Shown here: piece after piece, positions 17,638 through 26,863 of the stretch | Numbering within the stretch: position 1 is the first letter of the stretch | How the letters are laid out: each line of letters opens with the position of its first letter | NCBI GenBank assembly: GCA_002304445.1 | Contig: NEVA01000008.1 | Coordinates: 53,657-117,656 of the forward strand | Direction of reading: 5' to 3' | From: Opitutia bacterium Tous-C4FEB | Lineage (GTDB): Bacteria > Verrucomicrobiota > Verrucomicrobiia > Opitutales > Opitutaceae | Length of the DNA stretch: 64,000 nucleotides | The notes under the pieces: generated by a model | Told to the model about the DNA's origin: nothing | Database searches by the model: none | What the model saw: the letters and a program-made list of their open reading frames with translations, nothing else | Program-made: the position numbers and the translations under genes

Positions 17638-19200
17638 ATGCATTTTGATATTGTGATCGCAGGCGGAGGTTTTGCCGGGGCGTATTGTGCGCGGGCGCTC
17701 GGTCGGGCGTTGGGGCGGGAAGAAGGCGAGCGACGGGTAGCTCTGATCGCTGAGCGCAACGTGCTCGTTTTCCAACCCATGTTGGCGGAGGTGGAGGGCT
17801 CGGCCCTCAATGCCACCGACGTGGTTAATCCTCTCCGGCAGTTTTGCCGCGGGGTGAATGTGCTGCAGGGCGCGATCCAACATATCGATTGGGCCACGAA
17901 GACCCTCACGCTCGACGGCGGGCGCTTTACGCGAAATCATGCGGTATCGTTCGATCGGTTGGTCTTGGCGCTCGGGAGCGTCACGGATTTGAGCGCGGTG
18001 CCGGGCATGGCCGACTACGGGTGGCCGATGAAAAACGTGGCCGACGCGCTGCGGCTGCGTGCGGTGATCATCAACCGGCTGGAGGAGGCGAATCTCATCG
18101 ACGACGCGGCGGTGCGGCGGCGGTTGCTCACGTTTGTCGTGGTGGGCGGCGGCTACACCGGCGTGGAGACAGCGGGGCAGCTGTTGGATTTTGTGCGCGA
18201 TGCCCATGGGTTTTACGCCAATCTGCGAGATACGGAGCCGCGGGTGATTCTCGTGCACGCCCGCGGGCAATTGTTTACGGAAATCGGCGCCGATCTGGGT
18301 GTTTACGCGGCCGAGGTGCTGGAGCGACACGGGGTGAGTGTACGCCTGAACACGCGGGTAGCCGAGGTCACCGCCACGCGGGTAATCTTAGACTGCGGCA
18401 ACTCCATCGATGCCAACACCGTGGTGACGACGATCGGCAGTTCGCCGAATCCGATCGTGCTGGACGTGTGTCGTCAGCTCGGGATCGAAGCGGTGAAAGG
18501 GCGGGTGCCGACTGCGAACACGATGCGGGTGCCGGGTCATGACGACTTGTGGATCGCGGGTGACTGTGCGGCGGTGCCTTGGAACGACCGGGGCGAGATG
18601 AAGATCGCTCCGCCCACGGCCCAGTTGGCCTTGCGGCAGGGGACCTTGCTGGGGCGAAATCTGGTGCGGGTGCTGCGGGGCGCGGAACCTTTGCCGTTTA
18701 CCTACCGTTACATGGGCCAGCTCGCGGCTATCGGTCGACGTAAGGCGGTGGCGGAGGTCATGGGTTTTCATTTCCGCGGATTTTTCGCCTGGTGGATGTG
18801 GCGCACGATCTATCTCTCCAAATTGCCGGGCACGCTGCGGAAATTGCGGGTGGTGATGGATTGGACGTTTGATCTGGTTTTCCCTCGCGACATCAGCCTG
18901 CTTTTGCCGCCGCCCGACGAGCCGTTGCGTTCGATCCATTTGGAGAAAGGGGAGATTCTCTTCACCTGCGGCGAAAAGTGCCGGTCGTTCTTCTACCTGA
19001 AACGAGGGACTCTTGCGGTTGAGCGTGGGGGAGCTGAAAGCGAAATTCTGCCGATGGGCACCGTGATCGATCAGACGAAGGTCAATGTGGACGGCTGCTG
19101 GAGCGTGACGGTCTCGGCGGAAGAGAGCTGTGATGTCATGGTGTTTCGTGGTCGGGCGCTGGAGCTGCTGCGGGCGGATTTGCGGTTGGTGAAACGCTGA
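17638..19200 (+). CDS. ndh: Type II NADH dehydrogenase (NDH-2) with an extra C-terminal cNMP-binding-like domain
   Basis: MHFDIVIAGGGFAGAYCA (FAD GxGxxG), VVGGGYTGVETAG (NAD) and IAGDCAAVP. There are about 100 extra C-terminal residues, HLEKGEILFTCGEKCRSFFYLKRGTLAV...VMVFRGRALELL. Confidence 0.8.
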   Translation: MHFDIVIAGGGFAGAYCARALGRALGREEGERRVALIAERNVLVFQPMLAEVEGSALNATDVVNPLRQFCRGVNVLQGAIQHIDWATKTLTLDGGRFTRNHAVSFDRLVLALGSVTDLSAVPGMADYGWPMKNVADALRLRAVIINRLEEANLIDDAAVRRRLLTFVVVGGGYTGVETAGQLLDFVRDAHGFYANLRDTEPRVILVHARGQLFTEIGADLGVYAAEVLERHGVSVRLNTRVAEVTATRVILDCGNSIDANTVVTTIGSSPNPIVLDVCRQLGIEAVKGRVPTANTMRVPGHDDLWIAGDCAAVPWNDRGEMKIAPPTAQLALRQGTLLGRNLVRVLRGAEPLPFTYRYMGQLAAIGRRKAVAEVMGFHFRGFFAWWMWRTIYLSKLPGTLRKLRVVMDWTFDLVFPRDISLLLPPPDEPLRSIHLEKGEILFTCGEKCRSFFYLKRGTLAVERGGAESEILPMGTVIDQTKVNVDGCWSVTVSAEESCDVMVFRGRALELLRADLRLVKR

Positions 19201-19203
19201 ACT

Positions 19204-19231
19204 CCAATCCGCGGGCGTTCGGACTGGTTTT
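19204..19231 (+). terminator. Candidate rho-independent terminator after ndh
   Basis: CCAATCCG (19204-19211) / 8-nt loop / CGGACTGG (19220-19227), followed by TTTT. Confidence 0.45.
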
Positions 19232-19296
19232 CACTTCGCCTTGTGGCCAACGTTTCTCGCGCGCCGCCCGAAATCGGGCGTCAGCGCAACCCGACC

Positions 19297-20418
19297 ATGA
19301 TTTCTTCACGCCTCTGCCGGTGCATTTTTTTTGTTGCGACCGCCGCCGTTTTGACGGCCCGGGAACGACCGCATCACGTCGTGTTGATCACGATCGACGG
19401 ATTGCGCTGGCAGGAAGTATTCAGAGGAGCGGAAGAGGCGCTGATGACGACGGACAAGACGGCGGGCGGAGGCGTGCCCAAGGGTTCGCTCACGGCGCTG
19501 AAAGCTGATTTTTTGGCCGCCACGCCGGAAGAGCGGAGGAGGAAGTTGATGCCGTTCTTTTGGGGCACGCTGGTGCCGGCCGGCCAGGCGTTCGGCAACC
19601 GCGACCTTGGCAGTGCCGCGCGGGTGCTCAACGCCGAGCACATCTCGTATCCGGGCTACAATGAACTGCTGACGGGTGCGCCGGATCCTTTGATCACATC
19701 GAATGTGCCGATCCCCAACCGTAATGTGACCGTGTTGGAGTGGCTGCACGGCCGGCCCGGTTTCGCCGGTCGTGTCGGAGCGGCGGCGGCGTGGCGGGTA
19801 TTTGCGCCGATTATCAACATCGGCCGGAGCCGGTTGCCGGTTTTTGTGACGCAACAGCACTCGGCTCCCGGAACCGTCTCGCCGCGCATCACGGAGTTGG
19901 AGCGGATGATGGACGATATCCCGCCGATCACGCCCGACGAAAATTTCGATGCTTTTGTCTATTATGCGACGCTCGACATGATCGATACCCTGCGACCGCG
20001 GGTATTTCTTTTCGCCCTCGGTGAGCCGGACGAGTGGGCCCACGACCGACGTTATGACCGTTATCTGTATTCGATCCAACGGTGTGACCGGTTCATCCGG
20101 CAGCTCTGGGAAAAACTGCAGGCCGATCCGGAGTATCGTGGCACGACGAGCTTCGTCCTCTCGTCCGATCACGGGCGGGGTGTCACGCCGGAGGATTGGA
20201 TCGGGCACAACAAAAAGATCCCGCACGCCGAAGAAACATGGATCGCGGCGATGGGCCCCGGGGTGCCGGCGCTCGGTGAACGGCGCAGTGTGGCCGAGGT
20301 CCAGCAGGCGCAGATTGCGGCGACCGTAGCCGCGTTGGTCGGCGAGGATTTTCGGGCGGCATTTCCGCAAGCGGCGGAACCGATTGCCGATGTGGTGCGC
20401 GGCCCGGTGGTGAAGTGA
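19297..20418 (+). CDS. Alkaline-phosphatase-superfamily protein (type I phosphodiesterase / nucleotide pyrophosphatase-like)
   Basis: Signal-like MISSRLCRCIFFVATAAVLTA, then HVVLITIDGLRWQEVF (metal/nucleophile motif) and VLSSDHGRG. Confidence 0.7.
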   Translation: MISSRLCRCIFFVATAAVLTARERPHHVVLITIDGLRWQEVFRGAEEALMTTDKTAGGGVPKGSLTALKADFLAATPEERRRKLMPFFWGTLVPAGQAFGNRDLGSAARVLNAEHISYPGYNELLTGAPDPLITSNVPIPNRNVTVLEWLHGRPGFAGRVGAAAAWRVFAPIINIGRSRLPVFVTQQHSAPGTVSPRITELERMMDDIPPITPDENFDAFVYYATLDMIDTLRPRVFLFALGEPDEWAHDRRYDRYLYSIQRCDRFIRQLWEKLQADPEYRGTTSFVLSSDHGRGVTPEDWIGHNKKIPHAEETWIAAMGPGVPALGERRSVAEVQQAQIAATVAALVGEDFRAAFPQAAEPIADVVRGPVVK

Positions 20419-20434
20419 GGCGCGGTCCCGGCCG

Positions 20435-21013
20435 TTAGCCCAGCGCTTCGCGAACGAGGTCGGTGATGGCGGGAGGCAGAGTGAGACCCCGCGCGGAGTG
20501 TTGCGCGTCGGGGCTGAGTTTGCGCCAAGTCTTCCGCAAGATATCGATAAACTTTTCGCGCGGGTAATCGGCGTGTTGGGCGGCGAAGGCGGTGATTTCG
20601 TTTTCCAAAAAAACGAGCACGGCGGCATCTTCCAAGGTTTGCGTGCCGGGGTTGGTTTTGAGCCCGGTTTTGGAAACCCAAGTGGCGGCTTCGGCGGCTT
20701 CTGCAGCCGATACGCCGGCTTCCAGCAGCAGGGTGCGGGCGCGCTCGGCCTGTTTCACGTAGAGTGAGCGTCGCCATGCGAGGTAGCCGGATTTGCCCTC
20801 GGGAAACGTGGCGCGGGGCGTGAGCCAGCGTTCGAGATGTTGGCAACGGGCGGCGAGGCGCAGAATCGGCGAGGCGTCCGGGACAAGACGCACCACCCAA
20901 GCCTCGACGCGTTCGCCGTAGACGAGTTCGGCGGGTCCGCCGTCAGCGGTGCGGACCGGGTCGGCGGCGTGGGCGTCGTCGATGAGTTGGCGGGCGCGGG
21001 CGTAGGCTTCCAT
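20435..21013 (-). CDS. DUF4202 family protein
   Basis: 192 aa from ATG 21013: MEAYARARQLIDDAHAADP...LRLAARCQHLERW...YLAWRRSLYVKQAERA... matches the DUF4202 pattern. Confidence 0.6.
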   Translation of the reverse strand: MEAYARARQLIDDAHAADPVRTADGGPAELVYGERVEAWVVRLVPDASPILRLAARCQHLERWLTPRATFPEGKSGYLAWRRSLYVKQAERARTLLLEAGVSAAEAAEAATWVSKTGLKTNPGTQTLEDAAVLVFLENEITAFAAQHADYPREKFIDILRKTWRKLSPDAQHSARGLTLPPAITDLVREALG

Positions 21014-21070
21014 ATCAAGGTGAGAGCCGAAACGGTTGCGTGGAGCGCGGCAAGCGGTTGGTTTTTCACG

Positions 21071-21415
21071 ATGTTCCCGCCCCCGGACTGCCAGCGTTGC
21101 GGTGTCTGTTGTTTCTCGAAGCTGGAAACCTACGTCCGCGTGACGGGAGACGATTGGTCGCGGCTCGGCGGTGACGCGGAGCGGGTAGTGCACTTCATCG
21201 GCCACCGCGCCTACATGCGGATGGAGCGGGGACGCTGCGCGGCGCTGGCCGTGCGCGAGGACGGGGAGGGTAGGAGAGAGTTTTTTTGCACCGTCTATGC
21301 GACGCGCCCGCAGACTTGCCGTGATCTCGAGCGCGGCTCGCCGGAGTGTGCGGGAGAAATTGAACTGAAGGGCGACCGGCCGGGCATGGAAGTTTTTAAG
21401 CCCGGCGGTCGTTGA
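21071..21415 (+). CDS. YkgJ-family cysteine-cluster protein (UPF0153)
   Basis: MFPPPDCQRCGVCCF...GRCAAL...FFCTVYATRPQTCRD is the characteristic CxxCxxCC...C...C..Y..RP..C layout. Confidence 0.7.
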   Translation: MFPPPDCQRCGVCCFSKLETYVRVTGDDWSRLGGDAERVVHFIGHRAYMRMERGRCAALAVREDGEGRREFFCTVYATRPQTCRDLERGSPECAGEIELKGDRPGMEVFKPGGR

Positions 21416-21431
21416 ATGAGCTGGCTTCCCG

Positions 21432-23231
21432 ATGACGAAGAAAAACGATTGCTCCATGCCCACGCGTCGCCAATTCCTCCGCACCGCCGCCGTCGGCGCC
21501 ACCGCTTTACCGGTCCTCGCCTCGGCCACAGCTTCGCCGGTCTCAGCCGCGCCGGCCTCGGTCGCTGTGACACCGCCCACCCGCGACGCGCTCCTCGCCC
21601 GCCATCGCAATCTCTTCAACGGCGATACCTGCGTCTATTTCTACAACCCGGAAAAATGGCAGCCCGAGGGCGGGCCGTTCTCCGCTAAAGCCATCCACCG
21701 CTACGTCGACCTGCTCGCCGACAACGGCGTCGATACCTTCGTCATCAACGCCAACGCCTCCCGCGCGTGGTATCCGAGCAAAACCATCCCGAGCATCCTC
21801 GACGGTTACCGCCGCGGCGATCGTGAGTTCTTCCGCGGCCACGCCATCTGCGCCGGCGCCACCGAGCCCGCCGCCGTCGAGAAGTATATCGATACGATCA
21901 TGGCGTTCATGAATCTCTACCAAGATCTCCTCGACACCGGTGTCGATTGGCTCGCCGAGACCGCCACCGCTTGCCGCCGGCGCGGCGTTGCCCCGTGGGT
22001 CAGCGTCCGCATGAACGATATGCACGGCCACCTCAACTACGCCGGCAGCTTCTTCAACGCCCCGCTCCTCGCGCAGCCCGCGATGCGCCTCCACCACAGC
22101 GCCTATTCGCCCACGATGCGTCTGCCTGACTATCGCTCCGGCCTTAACTACGAAAAACCCGAGGTGCGTGCCTTCATGTTCGCGCAGATCAAGGAAGTCG
22201 TCGAAGCCTACGACTTTGCCGGCCTCGAACTCGACTGGTGGCGCAACGCCCTCTGCTGCGAACCCACCGCCTCGCCCGCCACCGTCGCGCTCATGAACGA
22301 CTGGTTCCGCTCCATCCGCGCGCTCACGCAACGCCGCGCCGCGCAGACCGGCCGCGCCTATCCGTTTGGCTTCCGCATCCCCGGCCGCATCGGCGAACTC
22401 AAAGCCATCGGCATCGACGTCGAGACCCTCTGCCGCGAGGGCACGCTCGACTACGTCATCGTCTCCAATTTTTGGCGCACCTCGTGGGATATGCCGCACG
22501 ACGCCCTGCGCCGGCAACTCGGCCCGCAGGTCGCAATCTACGGCGGCATCGAAAATGGCGCCAACCGCCTCGCCGCGTTTTCTCCCGCCGCCAACGTCAC
22601 CCAGGAAATCCGCCTCACCGCCGCCAGCCGCCCGATGCTCTACGCCAACGCCGCCGGCAAACTCGCCCTCGGCGCCGACGGCATCGAGTGGTATAATTTC
22701 TTCTGCACCGACCAGGCGAAAATCCCCGGCGTGGTCTGCGACTACGGCGCCCTCCGCGATATCCACCGCCTCGACCACCTCCGCGGTCAACCGAAGCACT
22801 ACACGTTCTCCGATAAAGGCGGCACTCGCGAACAGATCCCGTTCGAGCTCGTGCCGCAGCTTCCGGTCGCCCTCGAGCGCGGCTGGCCCCACGCCTTCCG
22901 CCTGCCCATGTGCGCTGAGCCCGCCGACCGCGGTCTGGAGTTGGTCGTGCAAGTTGTGCTGAAGAAAACCGACACCTTCGCCCAACTCCCCATCGCCTTC
23001 AACGGCAGTTGGCCGCAACTCACCGCGACGCGCTCCGATTTGCTTCTATTCCCCTGCGGTTCCTTCACGCACCACAGCGCCGAACACACCGGCTACAACT
23101 ACCGTTTCCCCGTCTCCCTCCTCCGCGACGGCTGGAACGAGATCACCGTCGAAAACGGCGGCGACAAAACCATCACGGTCGTCGCGCTTGAACTGGCGGT
23201 CCAACCTGCCGCGCCCGCGGCACGGGCTTGA
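21432..23231 (+). CDS. Twin-arginine-exported hypothetical protein (possibly a glycoside-hydrolase-like TIM barrel)
   Basis: N-terminus ...MPTRRQFLRTAAVGATALPVLASA is a Tat signal. Of the 599 aa I recognise no family for the rest. Confidence 0.55.
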   Translation: MTKKNDCSMPTRRQFLRTAAVGATALPVLASATASPVSAAPASVAVTPPTRDALLARHRNLFNGDTCVYFYNPEKWQPEGGPFSAKAIHRYVDLLADNGVDTFVINANASRAWYPSKTIPSILDGYRRGDREFFRGHAICAGATEPAAVEKYIDTIMAFMNLYQDLLDTGVDWLAETATACRRRGVAPWVSVRMNDMHGHLNYAGSFFNAPLLAQPAMRLHHSAYSPTMRLPDYRSGLNYEKPEVRAFMFAQIKEVVEAYDFAGLELDWWRNALCCEPTASPATVALMNDWFRSIRALTQRRAAQTGRAYPFGFRIPGRIGELKAIGIDVETLCREGTLDYVIVSNFWRTSWDMPHDALRRQLGPQVAIYGGIENGANRLAAFSPAANVTQEIRLTAASRPMLYANAAGKLALGADGIEWYNFFCTDQAKIPGVVCDYGALRDIHRLDHLRGQPKHYTFSDKGGTREQIPFELVPQLPVALERGWPHAFRLPMCAEPADRGLELVVQVVLKKTDTFAQLPIAFNGSWPQLTATRSDLLLFPCGSFTHHSAEHTGYNYRFPVSLLRDGWNEITVENGGDKTITVVALELAVQPAAPAARA

Positions 23232-23264
23232 GAAGTTGGCGCACGTTGCTTCGACTCGTTCCCG

Positions 23265-24980
23265 ATGACGAATCACCCCACGACTCCCGGCGCGCGCGAG
23301 CACACGTTTGACGCCATCGTCATAGGCTCCGGCATCAGCGGCGGCTGGGCGGCGAAGGAACTCTGCGAGGCCGGCCTGCGCACGCTTGTCCTGGAGCGCG
23401 GCCGCGACGTGAAACACCGCGACGACTATCCGACGGCGTTGAAAAACCCGTGGGAGTTCCCGCACCGCAACAAGACCCCCCGCGCCGTCGTCACCGCGAA
23501 TCCCATCGCGAAAAAATGCTATGCCTTCGACGAAGCCAGCGCGCACTTCTTCGTCAAAGACGACGAGCATCCCTACGTGCAGGACCGGCCCTTCGACTGG
23601 ATTCGTGGCTATCAGGTCGGCGGCAAATCCCTCATCTGGGCCCGCCAGACGCAGCGCTGGAGCCGCTTTGATTTCGAGGGTCCGGCCCGCGACGGCTTCG
23701 GCGAGTGGCCGATCACTTACGACGAACTTGCACCGTGGTATTCCCACGTCGAGCGCTTCGCCGGCATCAGCGGCAATTACGACGGCCTCGAGACCTTGCC
23801 CGACGGCGAATTTCTCCCCGCATGGGAAATGAACGACGTCGAGAAACACGCGCAGGGTAAAATCATGGGCGCCTTCCCCGGTCGCCACGTGATCCAGGGC
23901 CGCTGCGCCCACCTCACCGCGCCCCAGCCGCAACACCTCGCGCAAAACCGCGGCCAGTGTCAGGCCCGCAACCTCTGCTACCGCGGTTGCCCCTTTGGCG
24001 CCTATTTCAGTTCCAACTCCGCCACGCTTCCCGCCGCGGCTGCCACCGGCCGGCTCACGCTCCGGCCACACTCCGTCGTCGAGTCGATCTTGCACGACCC
24101 CGTCACGGGCCGCGCGAGCGGCGTGCGCGTGATCGACGCCCAGACGAAACAGGTCACGGAATTTTTTGCCCGCGTCATTTTCGCCAACGCCTCCTGCCTC
24201 AACACCAACCTCCTGCTCCTCAACTCGACATCCGCACGTTTCCCCGCTGGCCTCGGCAACGACCACGGTCTGCTCGGCCGCTACGTCGCGTTCCACAACT
24301 ACCGCGGCAGCCTCTCCGCGTCCGTCGAGGGCTTTGAGGATTCCTACTATTCCGGTCGCCGCCCCACGCAGTTGATGATGCCTAATTTTCGCAATGTGCG
24401 GAAGCAGGAGACCGATTTCCAGCGCGGCTACATGGTGTTCTTCGGCGCGTCGCGCGCCGGCTGGCAGCAGGGCAATTACGCGCCCGGAGTGGGTGCGGCC
24501 TTCAAAGACCGGATCACACGCCCCGGTCCTTGGGGCATTTATATGATGATGCAGGGCGAGACGGTCCCGCGGAAAGAAAACCACGTCCGCCTCTCAGCTG
24601 ACCGCAAAGATGCGTGGGGCATTCCCCAGCTCGTCACGTCCATCGGCTACGACGACAACGACGAGAAACTCATGCGCGACTTTCTCGCCCGCGGCCAAGA
24701 GATGCTCGAAGCCGTCGGCGCCAAGAAAATCACCGCCCGCGATTCCAAGCAGAACCCCGGCCTCGACATCCACGAGATGGGCGGCGTGCGCATGGGCCAC
24801 GACTCCAAGACCTCGCTACTCAACCGCTGGAATCAACTCCATGCGTGCACCAACGTCTTCGTGACCGATGGCGCCTGCATGACGTCGACCGGCACCCAAA
24901 ACCCCTCGCTCACCTTCATGGCGCTCGCCGCCCGCGCCGCACAACTTGCCGTGGCTGAGCTGAAGAAAGGCAATCTGTGA
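23265..24980 (+). CDS. GMC family FAD-dependent oxidoreductase (gluconate 2-dehydrogenase flavoprotein-like)
   Basis: FDAIVIGSGISGGWAAKELCEAGLRTLVLERG is a FAD Rossmann motif. The C-terminus HEMGGVRMG...FVTDGACMTSTGTQNPSLT is typical of GMC enzymes. Confidence 0.85.
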   Translation: MTNHPTTPGAREHTFDAIVIGSGISGGWAAKELCEAGLRTLVLERGRDVKHRDDYPTALKNPWEFPHRNKTPRAVVTANPIAKKCYAFDEASAHFFVKDDEHPYVQDRPFDWIRGYQVGGKSLIWARQTQRWSRFDFEGPARDGFGEWPITYDELAPWYSHVERFAGISGNYDGLETLPDGEFLPAWEMNDVEKHAQGKIMGAFPGRHVIQGRCAHLTAPQPQHLAQNRGQCQARNLCYRGCPFGAYFSSNSATLPAAAATGRLTLRPHSVVESILHDPVTGRASGVRVIDAQTKQVTEFFARVIFANASCLNTNLLLLNSTSARFPAGLGNDHGLLGRYVAFHNYRGSLSASVEGFEDSYYSGRRPTQLMMPNFRNVRKQETDFQRGYMVFFGASRAGWQQGNYAPGVGAAFKDRITRPGPWGIYMMMQGETVPRKENHVRLSADRKDAWGIPQLVTSIGYDDNDEKLMRDFLARGQEMLEAVGAKKITARDSKQNPGLDIHEMGGVRMGHDSKTSLLNRWNQLHACTNVFVTDGACMTSTGTQNPSLTFMALAARAAQLAVAELKKGNL

Positions 24981-25513
24981 ACCGCCGCGAAGCCCTCCGC
25001 CAAACTGCGCTCGCTGCCGGCGCTGCCACCCTCTGGGCGAGCCTGCCCGCCGGCACTTGGGCCGCGCTCGCCGCTCCCACGGCCTGGTCCGCCGCCGACG
25101 AAGCGCTGCTCACCCTCATCGGTGACACCATCATCCCCGCCACCGCCGCTTCGCCGGGTGCTGGGTCCGTGGCCATCGGCCGCTTCATCATCACGCAGGC
25201 CACCGACTGTTACCCGCCCCAATCCGTCGAAATCCTCCGCCGCGCGCTCCGCGAGATCGACGACGCCAGCCACCAGCGTTTCAACCAGTCCTTCCCCGCG
25301 CTCGCCGTTGCCGAACGGGAGCAAGTCCTTACCGCCTACGAAGCCGCGCCGCAGTCCGGCGCCCATCCCTTCCGCCTCATCAAGGAACTGACGCTGCTCG
25401 GCTATTTCACGTCCGAACCCGGCGCCACGCAGGCCCTGCGCTACGACCCGATACCCGGCGCCTATGTTGGTTCTGTGAAACTCGGCCCCTCCGACCGCAG
25501 CTGGGCGCTCTAA
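24977..25513 (+). CDS. Gluconate 2-dehydrogenase subunit 3-like Tat-signal protein
   Basis: The GTG start overlaps the GMC stop (GTGA). MNRREALRQTALAAGAATLWA is a Tat-like signal. The 178-aa size and the pairing with a GMC flavoprotein are typical. Confidence 0.7.
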   Translation: MNRREALRQTALAAGAATLWASLPAGTWAALAAPTAWSAADEALLTLIGDTIIPATAASPGAGSVAIGRFIITQATDCYPPQSVEILRRALREIDDASHQRFNQSFPALAVAEREQVLTAYEAAPQSGAHPFRLIKELTLLGYFTSEPGATQALRYDPIPGAYVGSVKLGPSDRSWAL

Positions 25514-25522
25514 CGCCGCGCC

Positions 25523-26677
25523 TCAGGCTGTAGCCGCGAGAAACGCCGTATCCAGCGCCAGCTTCGCCGTTTTGCCGTTCGCCGCCGTGATCAAGATGCC
25601 ACTGCCACCCGCCTGCGCCTGCACATTCGCGACGATATCGAAGCCGCGCGGAATCGCCGTGACCGCGAAGATGTGCGGCACGCGCAACGGCTTTTTGGGC
25701 GAGAGGTTGATCGTCGTGGGATAACCCGCCGCGCTGAGCGGATTCGGTTTCGCGGACTCCGCTTGGCCGAAGTGGAAATACGACGTCGTTTCCTCCAGCC
25801 CGAGCACGTTGCGGTGCCGGCCGCTCCATGGCGCGTAGTGGCGGCCGCCATTTGAGTGCCAGAGGATCGTGTGCCGCAGGATTTCCGGGTTCTTCAACTG
25901 GAGAAAGACCCAGCCGTCTTTCGGAAACGTCACCGCGGTCCAGCCGATGGAGCGGCCCGGTTTTCCCATGAGCATCACGAGATCGTCGAACCCCGCGCGC
26001 GCCGGATAGCGCGTGAGGTCGGCCGTGCCGCCGTTGGCGAGCGGCACCGCGTTCAGATTATCAAACCGCGCGCTTGGCTTGAGCGACGAGTAGCCGCCGG
26101 TCGCCGGATCCTCAAACGGCACAGGCAACACCTGCCCATGGTCCCAGCCGCCGGCCGAGATCCGCGCGTGGCCTTCCGGCCCGGGGAGATGCAGACACGG
26201 ATGCGTGCCGAGCGCCAGCGGTCCGCTAAAGCCGCTCAAGGTATGTTCGCAGTAAATCGCGGTGTGTCCTGGGCGCAGCGTGATGCGTTTGTCGATTACG
26301 CCGGCGCACACCTTCGTCTTCAGCCGTAGGTGGAGCGACGCCGCTTCCTTGCCCCGCGTCGCGTCCACCCACGTCCAATCCGCGTTGGCCGATTCGCCGT
26401 GTGGCGGATGCTTTTCGCCGCGCCACGCCACGCCGTTGCCGCCGAACGGCGCGCAGAAAAAATCACCGCGCAGCGCGTGCAACAGTGGCGGCAGGCCGGC
26501 GTCGATTTTCTCACCGGCCCACGGGGCGACGGCAAACGGCTGCACGGCGCGCCCGCCCGGCAGGTTAAACGTCGCGGGCGCCATCATACCGGCGGTGCGG
26601 GTGACGAAAAGTTCGACGGTGTTGCTTTTTAGCCGCCAGCTGGGTTGGCCCGATTTTGAAACCAAAGGTGACTTCAT
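25523..26677 (-). CDS. Conserved hypothetical protein (galactose-mutarotase/DUF4432-like beta-sandwich suspected)
   Basis: 384 aa from ATG 26677: MKSPLVSKSGQPSWRLKSNTVELFVTRTAG... The fold guess is weak. Confidence 0.45.
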   Translation of the reverse strand: MKSPLVSKSGQPSWRLKSNTVELFVTRTAGMMAPATFNLPGGRAVQPFAVAPWAGEKIDAGLPPLLHALRGDFFCAPFGGNGVAWRGEKHPPHGESANADWTWVDATRGKEAASLHLRLKTKVCAGVIDKRITLRPGHTAIYCEHTLSGFSGPLALGTHPCLHLPGPEGHARISAGGWDHGQVLPVPFEDPATGGYSSLKPSARFDNLNAVPLANGGTADLTRYPARAGFDDLVMLMGKPGRSIGWTAVTFPKDGWVFLQLKNPEILRHTILWHSNGGRHYAPWSGRHRNVLGLEETTSYFHFGQAESAKPNPLSAAGYPTTINLSPKKPLRVPHIFAVTAIPRGFDIVANVQAQAGGSGILITAANGKTAKLALDTAFLAATA

Positions 26678-26728
26678 GGGGAAAAGCACAGTTGCCGCGA
26701 CGCGCCGAGGCAAGCGGCGGCGCGCACG

Positions 26729-26797
26729 CTATAGAACCGACCGGTGGTCGGTTCGGCCGCTGAAGGAAAGCCCGCCGACCAGCGGTCGGGCCTACAG
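26729..26797. repeat. REP/BIME-like element: two hairpin-forming units in inverted orientation
   Basis: The left unit is CTATAGAACCGACCGGTGGTCGGTTC. The right unit is CCGACCAGCGGTCGGGCCTACAG. The reverse complement of the right end matches the left end at 19 of 23 positions. The 21-mer GACCAGCGGTCGGGCCTACAG recurs at 56861-56881 with one mismatch. Confidence 0.6.
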
Positions 26798-26863
26798 TTT
26801 GGGGCCGATGACTCGGCCTACCGGCGTGCTTGCCTGCGTTGCGGCGGGCTTCCACCGTGCGCA

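Noticed and set aside
16984-18330. N-terminal extensions of track ORFs: 16984-18330, 17386-19200, 20435-21619, 39496-41424, 44455-46245, 47589-48737, 53069-55312 and 62653-63810.
   Set aside because: The conserved domain, signal peptide or family N-terminus begins at an internal ATG. The extensions are Arg/Pro-rich or overlap neighbouring genes. I therefore trimmed the coordinates.
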